A stretch of 64,000 nucleotides of DNA from Chrysomallon squamiferum (GCA_012295275.1 CM022668.1:3968001-4032000); one strand, 5' to 3'; counted from the stretch's first letter, positions 24,701-38,500 are shown. Translations and numbers: made by a program. Notes: generated by a model from the sequence alone, not told the origin.

Positions 24701-27008
24701 CAGTGGCTGTAAAGGCATCTCGAAGGTTCGTATTGTCGCTGGAGTTTTGTTGCGAATGGAAGCAGATGATTCTCGTGTTCTAGAAAGTGCCTGAGCTTCG
24801 GGTGATGCCTGCGGGGTGGGTGCAGATGGGAGGGACAGGGGCCTAGGTGAAGGATGCTGCTCCTCTGCAGGCTGTGACATGTCCAAGTGTACTAGAGCCA
24901 GGCCAGGCATAAGATCTGAACAAACAAAGTGTTAATCTGAACCAGTTTTTTCTAAGTGTTTATGTAATCCAATCTTAACTAAATATTATTTAAACCAATC
25001 TTTACCGGATGTTTTTCTAAATCAAAATGTACAAAGTGTTTATCTGGAAGTCTTTATTAAGTGTTTGTCTAATACATTTTTACTGAGTGTTTGTCTACAC
25101 TAACCTTTACTAAGTGCTTATCTAACTCTGCATCAGGTATTTATCTAAGAGAACGCTTTAGTAGTAATACAAACATTTCTAGCAAAAAGAAAATACAAAC
25201 CTCCTAAAGACGGTGCTTTTGTTTTCTCAGTGGGATTATGTAGTAAAGCTGGGTGGCGTCTGATGGGGGATGGTTCCAGGGTGAGGTGGGCAGCAGGAGG
25301 AATGAGACCTCTTTCAATCAAACTGCGGATTCCCTTACTAGCATCCTCCTCTGTGATGGGTGGGGGAGCCAACTGAATAAATTAAATTAAAAATGTTCTG
25401 AATTTCATACATGTCTTTGTAAACTTCATTTCTAATCATTCTTGGTTTCCTTAATATTTGCATATATACACTCAGTGATGTTCAGTTCATTAATGGCAGT
25501 TTGTCCACAAATTTGAAAATGTAGCTTATGATCTATAACTTAAATGTTAGACAACATTTTTTCTAACCTGTGCATCCACTCTGTTTGCTTTAGGTAAGAT
25601 TGTCAAGTGTTCCACAGTGGTTCCTGTCAAAGGCTTCAGAGGAATTTGCTGTCAAACATTTAATAATAAAACAAATTAAAACCAACTCCTTTATTGCATA
25701 GTAATTGTAGTTAATTTAATATAATCTTTTAAAAGAAAGAAAAAAAAATGTCATTAAAGGAAGAAAATAAATAAATACACAAAGAAATATAGATAATTAG
25801 TATTTATAGGAACTATTTACTGACAAGCAACAAAATTCTATTAATAATTATTACAATTTAGTATTGGGACACCCACACACATGAAAATATTATTCATAAT
25901 GTCAGTGTAAAATAAAAGTTCAGTCACAATTTGTTCATTTATAACATATGAAAGAATTACTAAGACACTGATATTTATTGTGGATTCTGTTAATAAACGT
26001 AGTTATAAATTAATCAGGTGTTTACTCTGGGTTCAGGTTTTTGTGGTATCTGAGGCAGCTGAACTCGATAGTTCTCTTGCAGAACATTTCTGTTCTGTGA
26101 ATTGTATGGGTTGTACATTGCACGCAGATCACGCTGCTGTTTTATCTGAAACACAAACAACACAATATAATAACACAAAATAATAACAACATGATATATT
26201 AACTACACAAAATAATAACATAACAAAATGATAATGAATATACAAAAAAGAAACAAATGTAAACAAATATGACATTTTAAATAACATTTGACAGGAAAAA
26301 TCTTTTGTACATTTTAAGATAGTAAACAATCCCATACTCATTGGTTTTTACCAAGCAATCCTTTACAAATATCAGAAATTGTTCATTAGCTGAAGCACAC
26401 TGTGTTAATCTCTGCAACAAAGTAAAAGATGTAATGTCTCACTTTAAAAAATAGAATCTGGTACAATACAACAAATACAATATTAAAATATAAAAACAAC
26501 ATCAGAATGACAAAATAACAACAGTACATGAACAGAGCAGTGTGGGGAGTAATTTGATTGTATGATACATTCACTTTCATATACCATACACAGAAGAACT
26601 GTCATGTTGAGTTGGGGTTTCATACTGATTGCCCACACATAAGACAAACACACACACACACACAGGGTATGGGTAAGGCCCAATTTCTGTCAGCTGATAC
26701 AGGGCACATGTACCTACTGGAAGGAGGTGAGGAACAATGACTTCACCAACTGCTTCATGGTGATATATATACATATATACAGACATACATACAAACATAT
26801 GTTCACACAGAAAATCAGACCTGCTGTATGTAGTTGGGGCCTGCTGTCTGTATTGGTTGTTTTGCAGCAGCTGGAAGTTGCTGGAGTTGATGTAGAACTC
26901 TCCCATCTCTGAAACAACAAATATATATATCACTTTACACATTTCTTTCACAATCAACAGCTTTTTAAAAACAATATCAATATCGATAACAATAGAAATA
27001 ATAATAAC

Positions 27009-27071
<63 letters not shown>

Positions 27072-27670
27072 TAGAAGAAGAAGAACAGAAAGAAGAAATA
27101 ACAACAACAACAATTATAATAATTAGCAAGATTTTCACAGTTAAAAATCAAAGCATCTGTTGGCTGGTTCTGATTATAATAACAGTATATTCAATTTATT
27201 AAAGTTTAAATTCCATCTACATTAGTTTATATCTTTATTCAGAAACTAACTGTCTCACAGTGTAATTCATCATATTATCAGCGCAGTCATGTAGATTTAC
27301 CATGGAATTATATACAAAAACAATCAGTATTATTTATTAACAGTGACAAAAGATAAAACATGGCTGTTGATTTTGATGAAGTTGTCAACTAGATGTTGTT
27401 GTTTCACCTGCGGATTTTGTCAGGTTTCGGTTGTCGTCGAAGCTGGAGGGTGTCAAGTGTACCAAACTCTTCTCCACTGAGCTTCCTGTCAGTGAGCGGA
27501 AGCATGAGGACACTGTTGTTAATTTTGTGTACAATGTCTTCTGTCTTTTTCTACAAAACAATAAAACAAAAATACAAAGACAATTTTATAAAAAGATGAT
27601 TGTTTAATACAGAGCCAAATTTTAAAGTTTGAGCAATCCAGGTTTCTGCACAAAAATCAAGTGAAAATGA

Positions 27671-27735
<65 letters not shown>

Positions 27736-29007
27736 AATTACTTTGTTTATCATTTATTTATTTATTTATCATCATCAGTATTATCATCAATTTAATGCAT
27801 ATATCTACATGCTTTAAAAAAAGGAGTCTAATGTAATATATTAGTCATCATGTTACATTAACTTCTATTTTGTATTCTATTTTTAGTTAACCATTTTGTG
27901 TTAATAATTTATTAAAAATATCTGTAAATTTATTATATTTAAAAACCACTTAATTGTTTGTTAATGATTTATAAAAATACCAGTACATTTTTAATTTTAG
28001 ACACCTGTACATTGTTAACAATTTATTAAAAAGCTGTAATTTTATTAACTGAACATGTCAAATAAAGGTTTATTTTACCTGTAGACCTTCCTCAGTTCTG
28101 GCAAGGGCCTCTTCCAGCTCCTCCACACTAATAATTCGGCCATCGGACTTTGACAGGAGATGATCACGCAGCTGTCGCAGATCATCTTGCACCTGAAAAA
28201 CATAACAAACATTCTGTCAGCATCTTCATTAATTAAGTAATTAATTAAAACTTAATTCACTTTTCTTCAATATGACACTCTCTAAATTCTGTTATCCTTT
28301 TTTAGCTATCATGATTCATATGGGTTTTTTCTCACTGTCTCCTTCCCATCACTAAATATCTCTTACCTTGTCTTTGTTTCATTTCCATAAGTGCATTTAA
28401 GGAAATAATAATCACACAAAGTTCAGTTGTGCTTGATACAGTTAACAATATTATAAATATTAACATACATGGCATTATTTAATGCTAACTTTATATTACT
28501 GTGATTAGCACAATCAGGGTGCTGAATTTCTCATTGTTATTTGTGACAACTGCCAGTTGCTTTGTATTTATTTCATTATTTATTATATTATATTATTTAT
28601 AAATATATATATATAATGGCTTAATTAAAATTTAGTGGAATTAATTATTACTCAGTCAGAAAAAATCACTGAATATATATTTTTGTGCATTTAATAATAT
28701 AAGTAAAAACTGAAAATTAATAATATATGCAAATGCTAAGCACATCTTTAGACCTAGTATTCCTTTTCCTTATTTTTTAAATTGTTAATAACATGGAAAG
28801 TAAGTCGCAAATAATAAAACCTACTTAAATAGTTTATTGACAGGTGAACATTTTAAAAACAAACAAAACAAGATATCTGAAAGTAGCACGAAGAAAATGC
28901 AATTATCGAAGTTATATTCAATCGAAAATACGTAAAACAACATTAACTATACCCACTTTCACTAGTATCTTCCCAACATCTTCAGGACGTGAATCTAATT
29001 CCGTCAT
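13377..29007 (-). CDS. IQCH: IQ domain-containing protein H, about 1096 aa, 23 exons
   Basis: Exons 29007-28957, 28192-28079, 27550-27408, 26908-26821, 26145-26026, 25648-25568, 25372-25201, 24915-24701, 22230-22097, 21447-21370, 21006-20898, 20499-20272, 19731-19581, 19310-19135, 18605-18333, 18047-17859, 17452-17332, 16927-16653, 16162-15983, 15525-15400, 15200-15139, 14033-13925, 13472-13377. Total 3291 nt, open, all GT-AG. IQCH-like segments [32 protein letters not shown] motif [33 protein letters not shown]. Head-to-head with AAGAB. Confidence 0.9.
14040..14880. repeat. Degenerate ~33-bp intronic minisatellite with higher-order (~116 bp and ~66 bp) duplications
   Basis: Recurrent unit AACTGTAAACACATGTAAACTATTTAACTCAAT. 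Near-exact larger blocks start at about 14221/14337 and about 14597/14663. Confidence 0.85.
16940..17065. repeat. 32-bp intronic minisatellite, about 3-4 copies
   Basis: Unit ATATAACTGTCATATTACAGCACTATAGTTAA, adjacent to the IQCH acceptor at 16928. Confidence 0.8.
19335..19535. repeat. ~34-bp intronic minisatellite, about 5-6 copies
   Basis: Unit TTATATGTGTGAGTAAAGCTAAATTTTGATAATG. Confidence 0.85.
21457..21722. repeat. Compound (AAT/GAT/AGT)n trinucleotide microsatellite
   Basis: Directly visible. It produces the poly-N/I/L/Y ORFs in the ORF track. Confidence 0.95.
21958..22117. repeat. 32-bp tandem repeat, 5 copies plus degenerate copies back to about 21850, built from the IQCH exon 9 / intron junction
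   Basis: Unit TTAATATTTACCTGCCCCAGGTAAGACAGTAG. The last copy overlaps the coding exon end at 22097. Confidence 0.92.
24272..24292 (-). CDS. IQCH: Candidate 21-nt in-frame microexon of IQCH (FPPIVPL)
   Basis: Minus strand: gttgctattttcag|TTCCCACCAATAGTTCCACTG|gtaata, lying in a phase-0 intron between Pro-rich exons. Confidence 0.5.
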
Positions 29008-29176
29008 ATCTGATAATTTTAAAATTAAAATTTTATTGCAAATTGGATTTCAATGAAAATGATGATTATACTCCATAATATTTAGCTAAATTTTCTAAGT
29101 TTCTCGCTTCTTCCAGATCCCTGAGCAACAGCAGAAACAACAGAAATGATGACGTTTTACTCATTATCCAACCAAG
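29008..29176. promoter_or_regulatory. Bidirectional promoter shared by IQCH and AAGAB
   Basis: Only 169 bp separate the divergent ATGs. The region contains an X-box-like GATCCCTGAGCAAC (29116-29129) and a TGACGT half-CRE. Confidence 0.75.
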
Positions 29177-29726
29177 ATGTCTGCGCCCAGTGTGTTGTTT
29201 GCGTCTAGCTCAGAAAACTGTAGCCCCGATGACCTTGTAAAACGTAAGATAATATGATATTTTTACAGTTTCACAATTAATCTGAAATGACTATTTTATT
29301 GATAACTGCTTTAAAGTGGTTTATGTGTTTATACTTTATGTGGTTGCAACCACGCCCACACGTTCTACGTTGTATGTCAGTTTTACTATTTTAAGTCAAT
29401 CTGTAACTGACTGCGACTCCTAATTAGTGAATGTGACAGTATTATTATATTTATTTTCACTGTTTCTTTGATAGTTTATTTTTCCTATCATGTTAATATT
29501 AAAGATTGAAGAAGTTGGTAAATTTCGTGAACCGTGTCGGAAAGTGAAAAACTGTCACATCAAAAATTAAAATAACATTTTACTGAACAGAACTAATAAT
29601 AACATCATTAAACGTGTAGGCAATTCATTATTACACAGTGATTTTACTACGTTAAGTATTCACATCATCTACCGATCTAGTTAATTAGAAATAGATTGCT
29701 AAAATTTTGGGTTACCTTTTTTCTTC

Positions 29727-29776
<50 letters not shown>

Positions 29777-30747
29777 TTTTGTTTACAAAAGTATTCATTT
29801 TTTAAATACATCTTCCCTAACATAATTATATGTAAAATAATGTTAGAGGAGATTTACTTTATAAAAAAGACTTAAACATGTCTGTCATATGAATTGTTAT
29901 TTTTTTTTTCAGAAATTTTAAATGTCCACGAACTTCCTTCTTCAAATTGTGTTACACAAAATGTGTTTGCCTATAACTGGCACATTGACACAAAATATTA
30001 CACTACAAATGTGCAGCTGTGTACCACAAATGAGAGGACGATTGGTGACCAGGCATTTGCAGATACTGTTGAAGCTTTCATCATCTACTTTGACCCATCA
30101 AAGGTATTAGGTGTGTGTGTGTGTCTTTTGTCTCTACATGTATGTGCATCTTTGTATCTGTGTGTGTATGTGTACATGCACCAGTATTATATGGGTTGTA
30201 TCTATGAATGTGTGTATATGTGTGTACATATACCTATCTATCTATCTATCTGTCAATCTATCTATCTATATACCATATATACTTGTGTACAAGGCGACCT
30301 TTTGTATAAGTCGATGTGTATTTTAAGACCAAAAATTGCGTCATTTTAGGTATTACTTGTGTATAAGTTGACTGTAGATTCCAGGCACCGTCACTATTTT
30401 TAGACCAGTGTGACAGTGCCATGAAGGCCTACATTGTACGCCTACTGTAACATAACTTGCACGAGCTGTAACTTGCACGAACATACCATAATAACGTAAA
30501 TGCATGTATTACACAAGCTATAGCCAAAATCATTGCATAACGCCGTACTGACGGGTTTTCTCGCTTTAAAATGTATTTTTATGTCATTAAACAGAAGAAT
30601 TATTTTAGATGCATCCCGTAGCAAAAAATAGTCAAAATGGCAACTCTTCAGCAACAGCTACAAAAGCATTACCTATGTATAAGTCGACCCCAAAAATATT
30701 ACCTTAATATAGTCTCCCCAAAATTCGACTTATACACAAGTATATAC

Positions 30748-30790
<43 letters not shown>

Positions 30791-33700
30791 GAAAAAAGAA
30801 AAACAATATGAAAGAGGGTGAGAGAAAAGAGTTATTTTTTTTATGATGTCTTTTTTATTTCACAACCAAACACAATAAAATGTCAGGACTGACATATAAT
30901 TTTTCTCAATTAAAGATAAAAAAAAAGTAGTCTTTGATTTGAAAGAACTCAAATTTTTTCACACACAAACACACAGTGACATACATATACATACATTCAC
31001 ACATGCACACACAAGCATAAATACATAAATCACATATTCATTTGTGCTCACGTATAAAATACACAGACATACAACGTACACATTTGTTTGTTTGTCTTTT
31101 GTTGTGTTTTGTTGTTTTTTTAAATTTATTATTGCTGTAAGTCTTGTAAAAGCTATGTAATTAACGGTGTAAGCAATAGGCTGTACAAAAAAACCTCATC
31201 AAATAGCTATGACTCATGTTAATATTTTTTGTTCACAGACAGAAAGTTTTCAGCTGGTCAAAGCCTGGATTCCATATCTTGAACAGATTGAACCTGAAAT
31301 TCAAATACTTGTGTGTGAGAACTGTTCCCATGACAACAGTGGGTGTAGTATTTATTATTTACTTTTTCAGCAGTCTAAACAGAATGTGTTTCTGTACAGG
31401 TCTGCACAGTATAATGTAAACTGAATTGAAAGTGTTTTTTATCTCTGTCAGTAGTAAATTAAATAATTTGTATTAGAACCATTTTAAAATTTTAAAAACC
31501 TTGACTGGAGATGTTTAGTTATTATATAATAAATTAAATATTGATATTTCAGCTGTGAATCAGTTAACAGCTCAGACTTGGTGTATAGAAAATAACTTTG
31601 AACTGGTTGAGTTAAATCCTTTAAATGATGATGAAGACGATGATGATGTCGGTAAATATAATTCTCAGTAATAGTATTTAACTTAGAAATTTGTCTTCCT
31701 GTTCTTGTTCATATTTTTAATGTTTTTCTTCATAAAATCTAGTATTATTTATGATTTATTAATTAATTTTTTTATTGTTTTAGTACAAGTTAATAGTCTT
31801 GCTGCAGCTTGAGATAAATATCAAATTTGTGAAGTTCTGTTAATGATATAAACTATTTCTGTTGAGTGTGTTTTGTCTTAATAAACAGTTAACAGAGATA
31901 CAAACATTTCTATACAGTAAATCAAACGTGTTAAAATTTTAGAAAATGATTTTGAGGAGACAACAGGAATAAAAAGAATAATCCAGGCTCTTCATGCACA
32001 TTCATGGCCAAACCTCAGGCTTAAAGGCAAGAAAAACATTAGTTTGCGTTCATGTTAAAGATTTTAATTGCTGTTATGATATATATATATATTTTTTTGT
32101 TTGTTGCATATTTGTTGCCAAACCTTAAATTTAAAGGTTAAGATCTAAATGTTTTTATTTTATATACAATTACAAATTTATAAATTTACATCACATTAAT
32201 ATTCAATATATTTAGAAAGAAATTATTTATTACATTAATATATCATTATCTTATATAAATTAAAAAATTCAGTTTGAGCTTTTATAGAAATAGTTCAAAC
32301 TAAAACATACTGCATTTTATTTAATTTCACCTAATAGAAAATAGAACAAATCCATTATGTGATGTAAATTAGTAATACCTTTTACAGAAAATCCTGACAT
32401 CAGAAGTCCTTACTTTAAACAGTTAATGCAGGAAGAGGCTGACAAAAGAAAGGAAGAAAACAAATGTGAAGGTGGAAATGTTTGTGATGATGACAAGTTG
32501 TTACTACAGTCTGCAGCAGCAGAGCATACTTGTGAACACTCCACTGAGGAATTTACATTACAGACTGCAGGGGAAGATAACTTTAGTAAAGAGTCAGAAA
32601 ACAAGTTGGATAACTCTAGTTCATTAGCTGAAAACAAAGATAAATCTAAAGAAATGAAAGAACAGAAAGATAAAGCTGCTGAATTAGGTTCAGAAAAGAA
32701 AGGAAATTCAGATGATAAAAGAAAGGTTGCAAGTGAGAAGCCCAAAGACGAAAAAAACAAACCAGAAACAGCTGAAGATAGAATAGGTAAAATCTGTTAA
32801 GATATTTTTCTAAATGATAATCAGAATGCTGGGTTTTAAAATCTTTGTCATCATCATTTGTAGAAATTGGTTAAAATTAATAAATATGTTTTTAATAATT
32901 GATTGTGAGTGTGCAGGTGCATGGTTTGTGTCTGTGTGAAAGTGCTATATTTATCTTTTATATTGTATATATTACACCGTATGTATTTGAAAGATAAAAG
33001 GAGAAACTATTTAATAAATATTTTTTTATAAATTATGTCAAATAAAGAAAACTTTGTATATTTATTATCATCAGATGATTTGATTTTTCAGTTAAATTAT
33101 TTGTTATTGAAATGATAAATGTGTTAAAAAAAAAAAATTGTGTTTGTAGATTCATTGTTGCCACTGGATGATTTGTCTCTGTTTGCTGCTCTCGGAGATG
33201 AGGGGGCAGGAAGTGAATCCTTCGAACAACTTTTTAATCAGCTCAGTACCATGAAACGTAAATTTTTTTTTTTAACTCCGTATCCATCTGTTCTTGACTG
33301 TTCAGAATCACTCTTGACTCAAGCCTAACTAGTGTAAACATCACTGTGAACATTCAGTCTATCTTGATTCTCATACTGTAAAACATACTACTGATTGGTC
33401 AGACATGCTCAGTATGTTTTCACTGGTGTTTACAGTATTATGAATAACACTGAAACACAGAATGTTTTACAAATGATACTACAAAACTACATTTGTCTGG
33501 TAATGAATTTGATTATAAAAAAATAATTCATATATATAAAATACAGGTGAACATTATGAAAGCATTTTGTACAAATTTATTTATTTACTGAAAATGTAGT
33601 ACCTTTAAAAAAATGATGCTATCAAACTAAAAAAACTAACACATTCTACTTGGAAAGTTTGCAGTTTAAAAATATTGGGTTTTTTTATTTAAAAAATGAA

Positions 33701-34461
33701 TGTCAGAGTTTAAAATGCCCTTACTGGAACACAACACCTGTATTTAGTATACTTTGAAGTGTCTGCTTTTAGACACTTAACTAGTAACATGTTAAAAGTG
33801 ATAAACTGAGAATGCAAGTTTTGCAGTGATTTAATAAAGATATTTGAAAACTGATTACTATATTCTAGATGCTCATTTTCTTATGCATTATTCCTGGGTA
33901 AAAAATCAGTTACTAGAAAAGTGTATTAGTAAGTGTATTCCTACCCCTCATATAAATTATTTTTATATATTTCATATTCTGACTGTTAAGTGAATTCCTT
34001 GAAACTGCTATTTTTCATAATCAAATATATAGAATATTTGTCTAATTTATTATTTTATACAAACCAGTAAATGAACAACTTGTTTTACATGATAGTGATG
34101 ATAGTAGTAAAATACATATTTATTTTTATTTTTTGGCCCAGAAACAGCCTCCAAACTGCCACCTAGTGAGAGAAAGATTTATGCTGAAAAGGTGAGTAGT
34201 TATTAAAAAATTATGTTTTATTGTAAACAGAAGCTGCAGAATAATTTATTTTCAAGTATAAAAGTAAAAAACAACAAATTACAAATTTATTAACTGTTAC
34301 TAGTAAGAAACAATTCAATTTATTACAAAATAGAAGGAATAGAAGTCACAAATAAATTTTATTTCCTAATTTTTTTTTAGATTGCCATTAAATTTTGGAA
34401 AGCTATTGGAGGAGATGAAGATGAAATAGCAGGACTATCTGACAATGATGAGCCATCTTGA
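29177..34461 (+). CDS. AAGAB: Alpha- and gamma-adaptin-binding protein p34, about 392 aa, 9 exons
   Basis: Exons 29177-29243, 29913-30103, 31239-31338, 31553-31651, 31943-32026 (GC donor), 32388-32786, 33150-33257, 34142-34191, 34381-34461 (1179 nt). Motifs: WHIDTKYYTTNVQLC, WCIENNFELVELNP, GIKRIIQALHAHSWPNL, SFEQLFNQL, AEKIAIKFWKAIGGDEDEI. Confidence 0.93.
30273..30749. mobile_element. Tc1/mariner-superfamily (Tc2/pogo-like) MITE in AAGAB intron 2
   Basis: TA|CCATATATACTTGTGTACAAGGCGA ... TCGACTTATACACAAGTATATACGG|TA: 25-bp TIRs with 3 mismatches, TA flanks, and internal reiterations of GTATAAGTCGAC. Confidence 0.85.
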
Positions 34462-35576
34462 ACAGTGCTTTATGGGATATTCTGGTTGCTGATCCCAAGT
34501 TGAATGTAACATTAAAATATATCTCACATAGTTAAAATTGACCTTTAGTGAAAATAAGAAGTTATCAAATTATTTCACATACTTTCAAGTTTTTTTCTTA
34601 TGGTCCATATCTTATTAACAAAGTATAACAACAAGAGTGCGTTTAAAAACCTCTGAATGCCACCACTTACCTGCAATTCTAATGTAACTGCACAGTGGTG
34701 GATCAGTGTGCTTTAAAATTTCCTCTTGTATTGTCACAAATGAACCTGTCATATATACATAACATGTTGTGAAGGTATAAAGTGGTAAGGTTCAGAAGTT
34801 TTTTTAACAGCATTATTTTATCATATTTTGTTATAGTGATAAGTTACACAGAATAATAATTTTGGACCTCTAATAATTTTATTTGATGATTTATTAACAC
34901 TGCTACAGTTAAGTTATTTTGGTGTCATAGAAGCACCTAATTGTTTTACACGTTTTATGTTTTTAATTTGGTTCCACATTCCACGTAATGTCAAAGAAAA
35001 ACAACACATGTATTTCAAAAAATAAAAATAAAAATAAAACAACTCTCTGTTTATGGTTAATAAACATTTACTGACAAAAATGTGTTTATTTTTTTTTCAA
35101 ACACTTTAGAGCAGTAATTTTATAAAGATTAATCAAGTGAAATTAGGTATTGTGCAGATATGAGAGTACAGTAAGGATGTTAATAACATTATAACTTAAA
35201 CTAACTTCTGCATTGTATTTGTCAAAAATTCACCAAATTTTATAGCTTTTATAAATGTTCTGCTGTATAATTTTATGATTAATGCAATGTAAAGAATTCT
35301 CAAATCTGAACATTTCTTCACACTTGTTCATCTGGAAAACAATTTACAAGCAGTCAGGTACATACTAATGAGCCATAAAAAAATCTAAATATATTTAAGA
35401 TTTGTCATCAGTATCACTTGTTTTAAACTCCACTTCTGGACAGCTTGTGATTTTCTGTTTCTCAGTTTTTTTTTTTTTAATCTACTACATTTTTATCTTC
35501 ACTCAGGTTTTTATTGTCAGACATTTTTTGTTAAATCATAAAATCATTCTCTGCTGTATTTGAAAGATCACTGATT

Positions 35577-38500
35577 TCATCTGAAATGGCTGTTTTGTTT
35601 TCTAGACTGTGCTAGTCGATTGTCATCTACCTTTATTTCACTGTCAGTTGTCATATCTGTGTTATGCTGATCTGTTTCTTCTTGTGATGTGTTTTGTACA
35701 ATGTTGACATTACTATTTGTGTCAGCAGTGACATCAGTGTTATGAGAGGTTGTCACAACCATGTTGTGAGGAACATCAACATCTCTTTGCTCTAATGACT
35801 CTGTAGGTGGTGGAGACATCTCAGTTTCTAATGTTGTTGGTTGTGGAGACATCTCAGTTTCTAATGTTGTTGGTGGTGGAGACACCTCAGTTTCTAGTGT
35901 TGTTGGTGGTGGAGACACCTCAGTTTCTAATGTTGTTGGTTGTGGAGACACCTCAGTTTCTAGTGTTGTTGGTGGTGGAGTTTCTAATGTTGGTTGTGGA
36001 GACACCTCTGTTTCTAATGTTGTTGGTGGTGGAGACATCTCAGTTTCTAATGTTGTTGGTTGTGGAGACATCTCAGTTTCTAGTGTTGGTGGTGGAGACA
36101 CCTCAGTTTCTAATGTTGTTGGTTGTGGAGACACCTCAGTTTCTAGTGTTGTTGGTTGTGGAGACACCTCAGTTTCTAATGTTGTTGGTTGTTGTTTCTA
36201 GTGTTGTTGGTTGTGGAGACACCTCTAAGTTTTCTGTGGAGACACCTCAGTTTCTAATGTTGTTGGTGGTGGAGACATCTCAGTTTCTAGTGTTGTTGGT
36301 TGGTGGAGACACCTCAGTTTCTAATGTTGTTGGTGGTGGAGACATCTCAGTTTCTAGTGTTGTTGGTTGTGGAGACACCTCAGTTTCAGTTTCTCAGTTT
36401 CTAGTGTTGTTGGTTGTGGAGACATCTCTGTTTCTACCTGGAGACACTTCAGTTTCTAGTGTTGTTGGTTTTGGAGGAGACACCTCAGTTTCTAGTGTTG
36501 TTGGTTGTGGAGACACCTCAGTTTCTAAGTTGGTTGTGGAGACACCTCAGTTTCTAGTGTTGTTGGTGGTGGAGACACCTCTGTTTCTAGTGTTGTTGGT
36601 GGTGGAGACATCTCTGTTTCTAGTGTTGTTGGTGGTGGAGACACCTCAGTTTCTAATGTTGTTGGTGGTGGAGACATCTCAGTTTCTAATGTTGTTGGTT
36701 GTGGAGACATCTCAGTTTCTAGTGTTGTTGGTTGTGGAGACATCTCAGTTTCTAGTGTTGTTGGTTGTGAAGACACCTCAGTTTCTAGTGATGTTGGTTG
36801 TGGTGTTGGGGATACCATAGTTTCTGATACAGAAATAATAATTATTATTAAACTTAATAAACAAAAGAAGACTTACAAGTTAGAAAAAGGACATGTTATA
36901 ACTTTACCTGATTTTGCCTTGATTCGAGAATTCCTTCTTTCCATGGCAAGTTTTCTGTTTCTGTCAATTCTTTCAACTTGTTCTGGGGTCAAACTCTAAA
37001 CAAATAAGACAATTTTATAAACGTATTTGAAACAAAGAAACAATTGCCTCTTTCATTTTGTTACAAGATTTTAATTTAAAAAATAAAGATGTTTATCATT
37101 CAGAAATTATAAACTACTTCAGAAAGGTGTATATTTTTGTGTAAAAATGAGGTGATACATAAGGTGAAGGATGTACTGTAGAGATGAAGTAATACAGGTT
37201 ATGTTCTTGACATGTGTAATAAGTAAAGTATGTTTGGAGAGAAGTAAGATAAAGACATACATTCGGTAGTGGTGTCCTAGTTACAGGAACAGGCTGAACT
37301 CTTAATGGTGTTGCCACAGATGGGGTTTGCTCTGGTGTGTCGGGAGGAGACATGGAATTCTGGGTAAATCGAGCAGCTTGAGAAGATGGATTATTTTCAT
37401 TTTCTTTAGTATTTCGCATCATTTCATCAAACACATCTTCTGTGTCTTGGTCCAGCTAGGAGACAATAGTAGAAAATAAAATGTGTGTACTAAATAAACT
37501 GAACTATAGGTAATTTGGAAACTGTTTGCTTGCGTGCATGCATTTGTGTTTGTGTACATATATACACAGCTAAATATAGACTCGAACAGGTTTTTTCCTG
37601 CTGTCCAGTTTCTTCCATGGAATGACATCCAGTATTTCATGAGAACATTTTAGTGTCAAAGACAAATAAATCACAAACCTCATTATCAATCTCATCAGGA
37701 AGGATATCTCCCCTAGTCTCAAAGTCTTTATCAAGTATCGGCATGTCCAGTCTCATTTTCTTAATGCATGTCTGTAAATAAACAAAATATTCTAAATGAA
37801 CATCACAGAATTATGTTTATGATCAACATTCTACTTTCACTTTTACATTCACTGATTCAGTACATAGTTCTCACTTACATTAACCTCAATGCAGCTGTGT
37901 TATTTGATAAGACTGCATTAAACAGACTTTATTATAATAACCTGAACTTCTTTTTTGCAGCCAAGTTTTTCTATTTTCTCCAACACTTCATCAAAAGGCA
38001 TTTTGGGAAACAATCTGTGTGCCCAGTGTTCAAGTTTTCCCATCACCAGTTTAAGATCTTCAGCCTGTGAAATATATTTTATATTTTACACAGGTAAAAA
38101 GTGTACACTGCATGTTAAAATTTAAATATTAAATACTCTCCAGAAAATATTTATACTGAATATATAAATATATTTGAAAATACAATCCTTTAATACCAAA
38201 CTTGATATGCAGGGTGGAATGCAAGTAACAGCATGGAATGACTGGAATTTCCACAGAAATGTTATTCTATTTTTTTGAAAAAGTTTGAAAAATGTCAGAA
38301 ATAACACATAACATTTGAATACCATTTATAAATATTTTAAAAATATTTTAAAAAATAACCAAAAGATGGTTTTAAAGTGTTTTAAAGTAAAATCACTGTT
38401 TAAACAAAGCACAGTCAAACAGCAGTTTGTATGTTCTTCTTTTTTGTTCTCATTATCTTTTAAAATTGAATCACTTAATGGTTTTTATAAAATAATAATA

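Noticed and set aside
26714-26750. Possible extra IQCH exon ([11 protein letters not shown])
   Set aside because: Weak acceptor, and the phase is incompatible with the phase-0 intron in the best model. In phase 0 it either shifts frame or hits TAG.
33329-33436. Imperfect fold-back (GTGTAAACATCACTG ... CACTGGTGTTTACAG) in an AAGAB intron
   Set aside because: Too degenerate to separate from a decayed MITE, with no support for a structured RNA.
35807-36820. 337-aa plus-strand ORF ([11 protein letters not shown])n
   Set aside because: It is the antisense reading of the TIPIN 33-bp repeat. The minus-strand frame joins a proper acceptor and the TIPIN exons.
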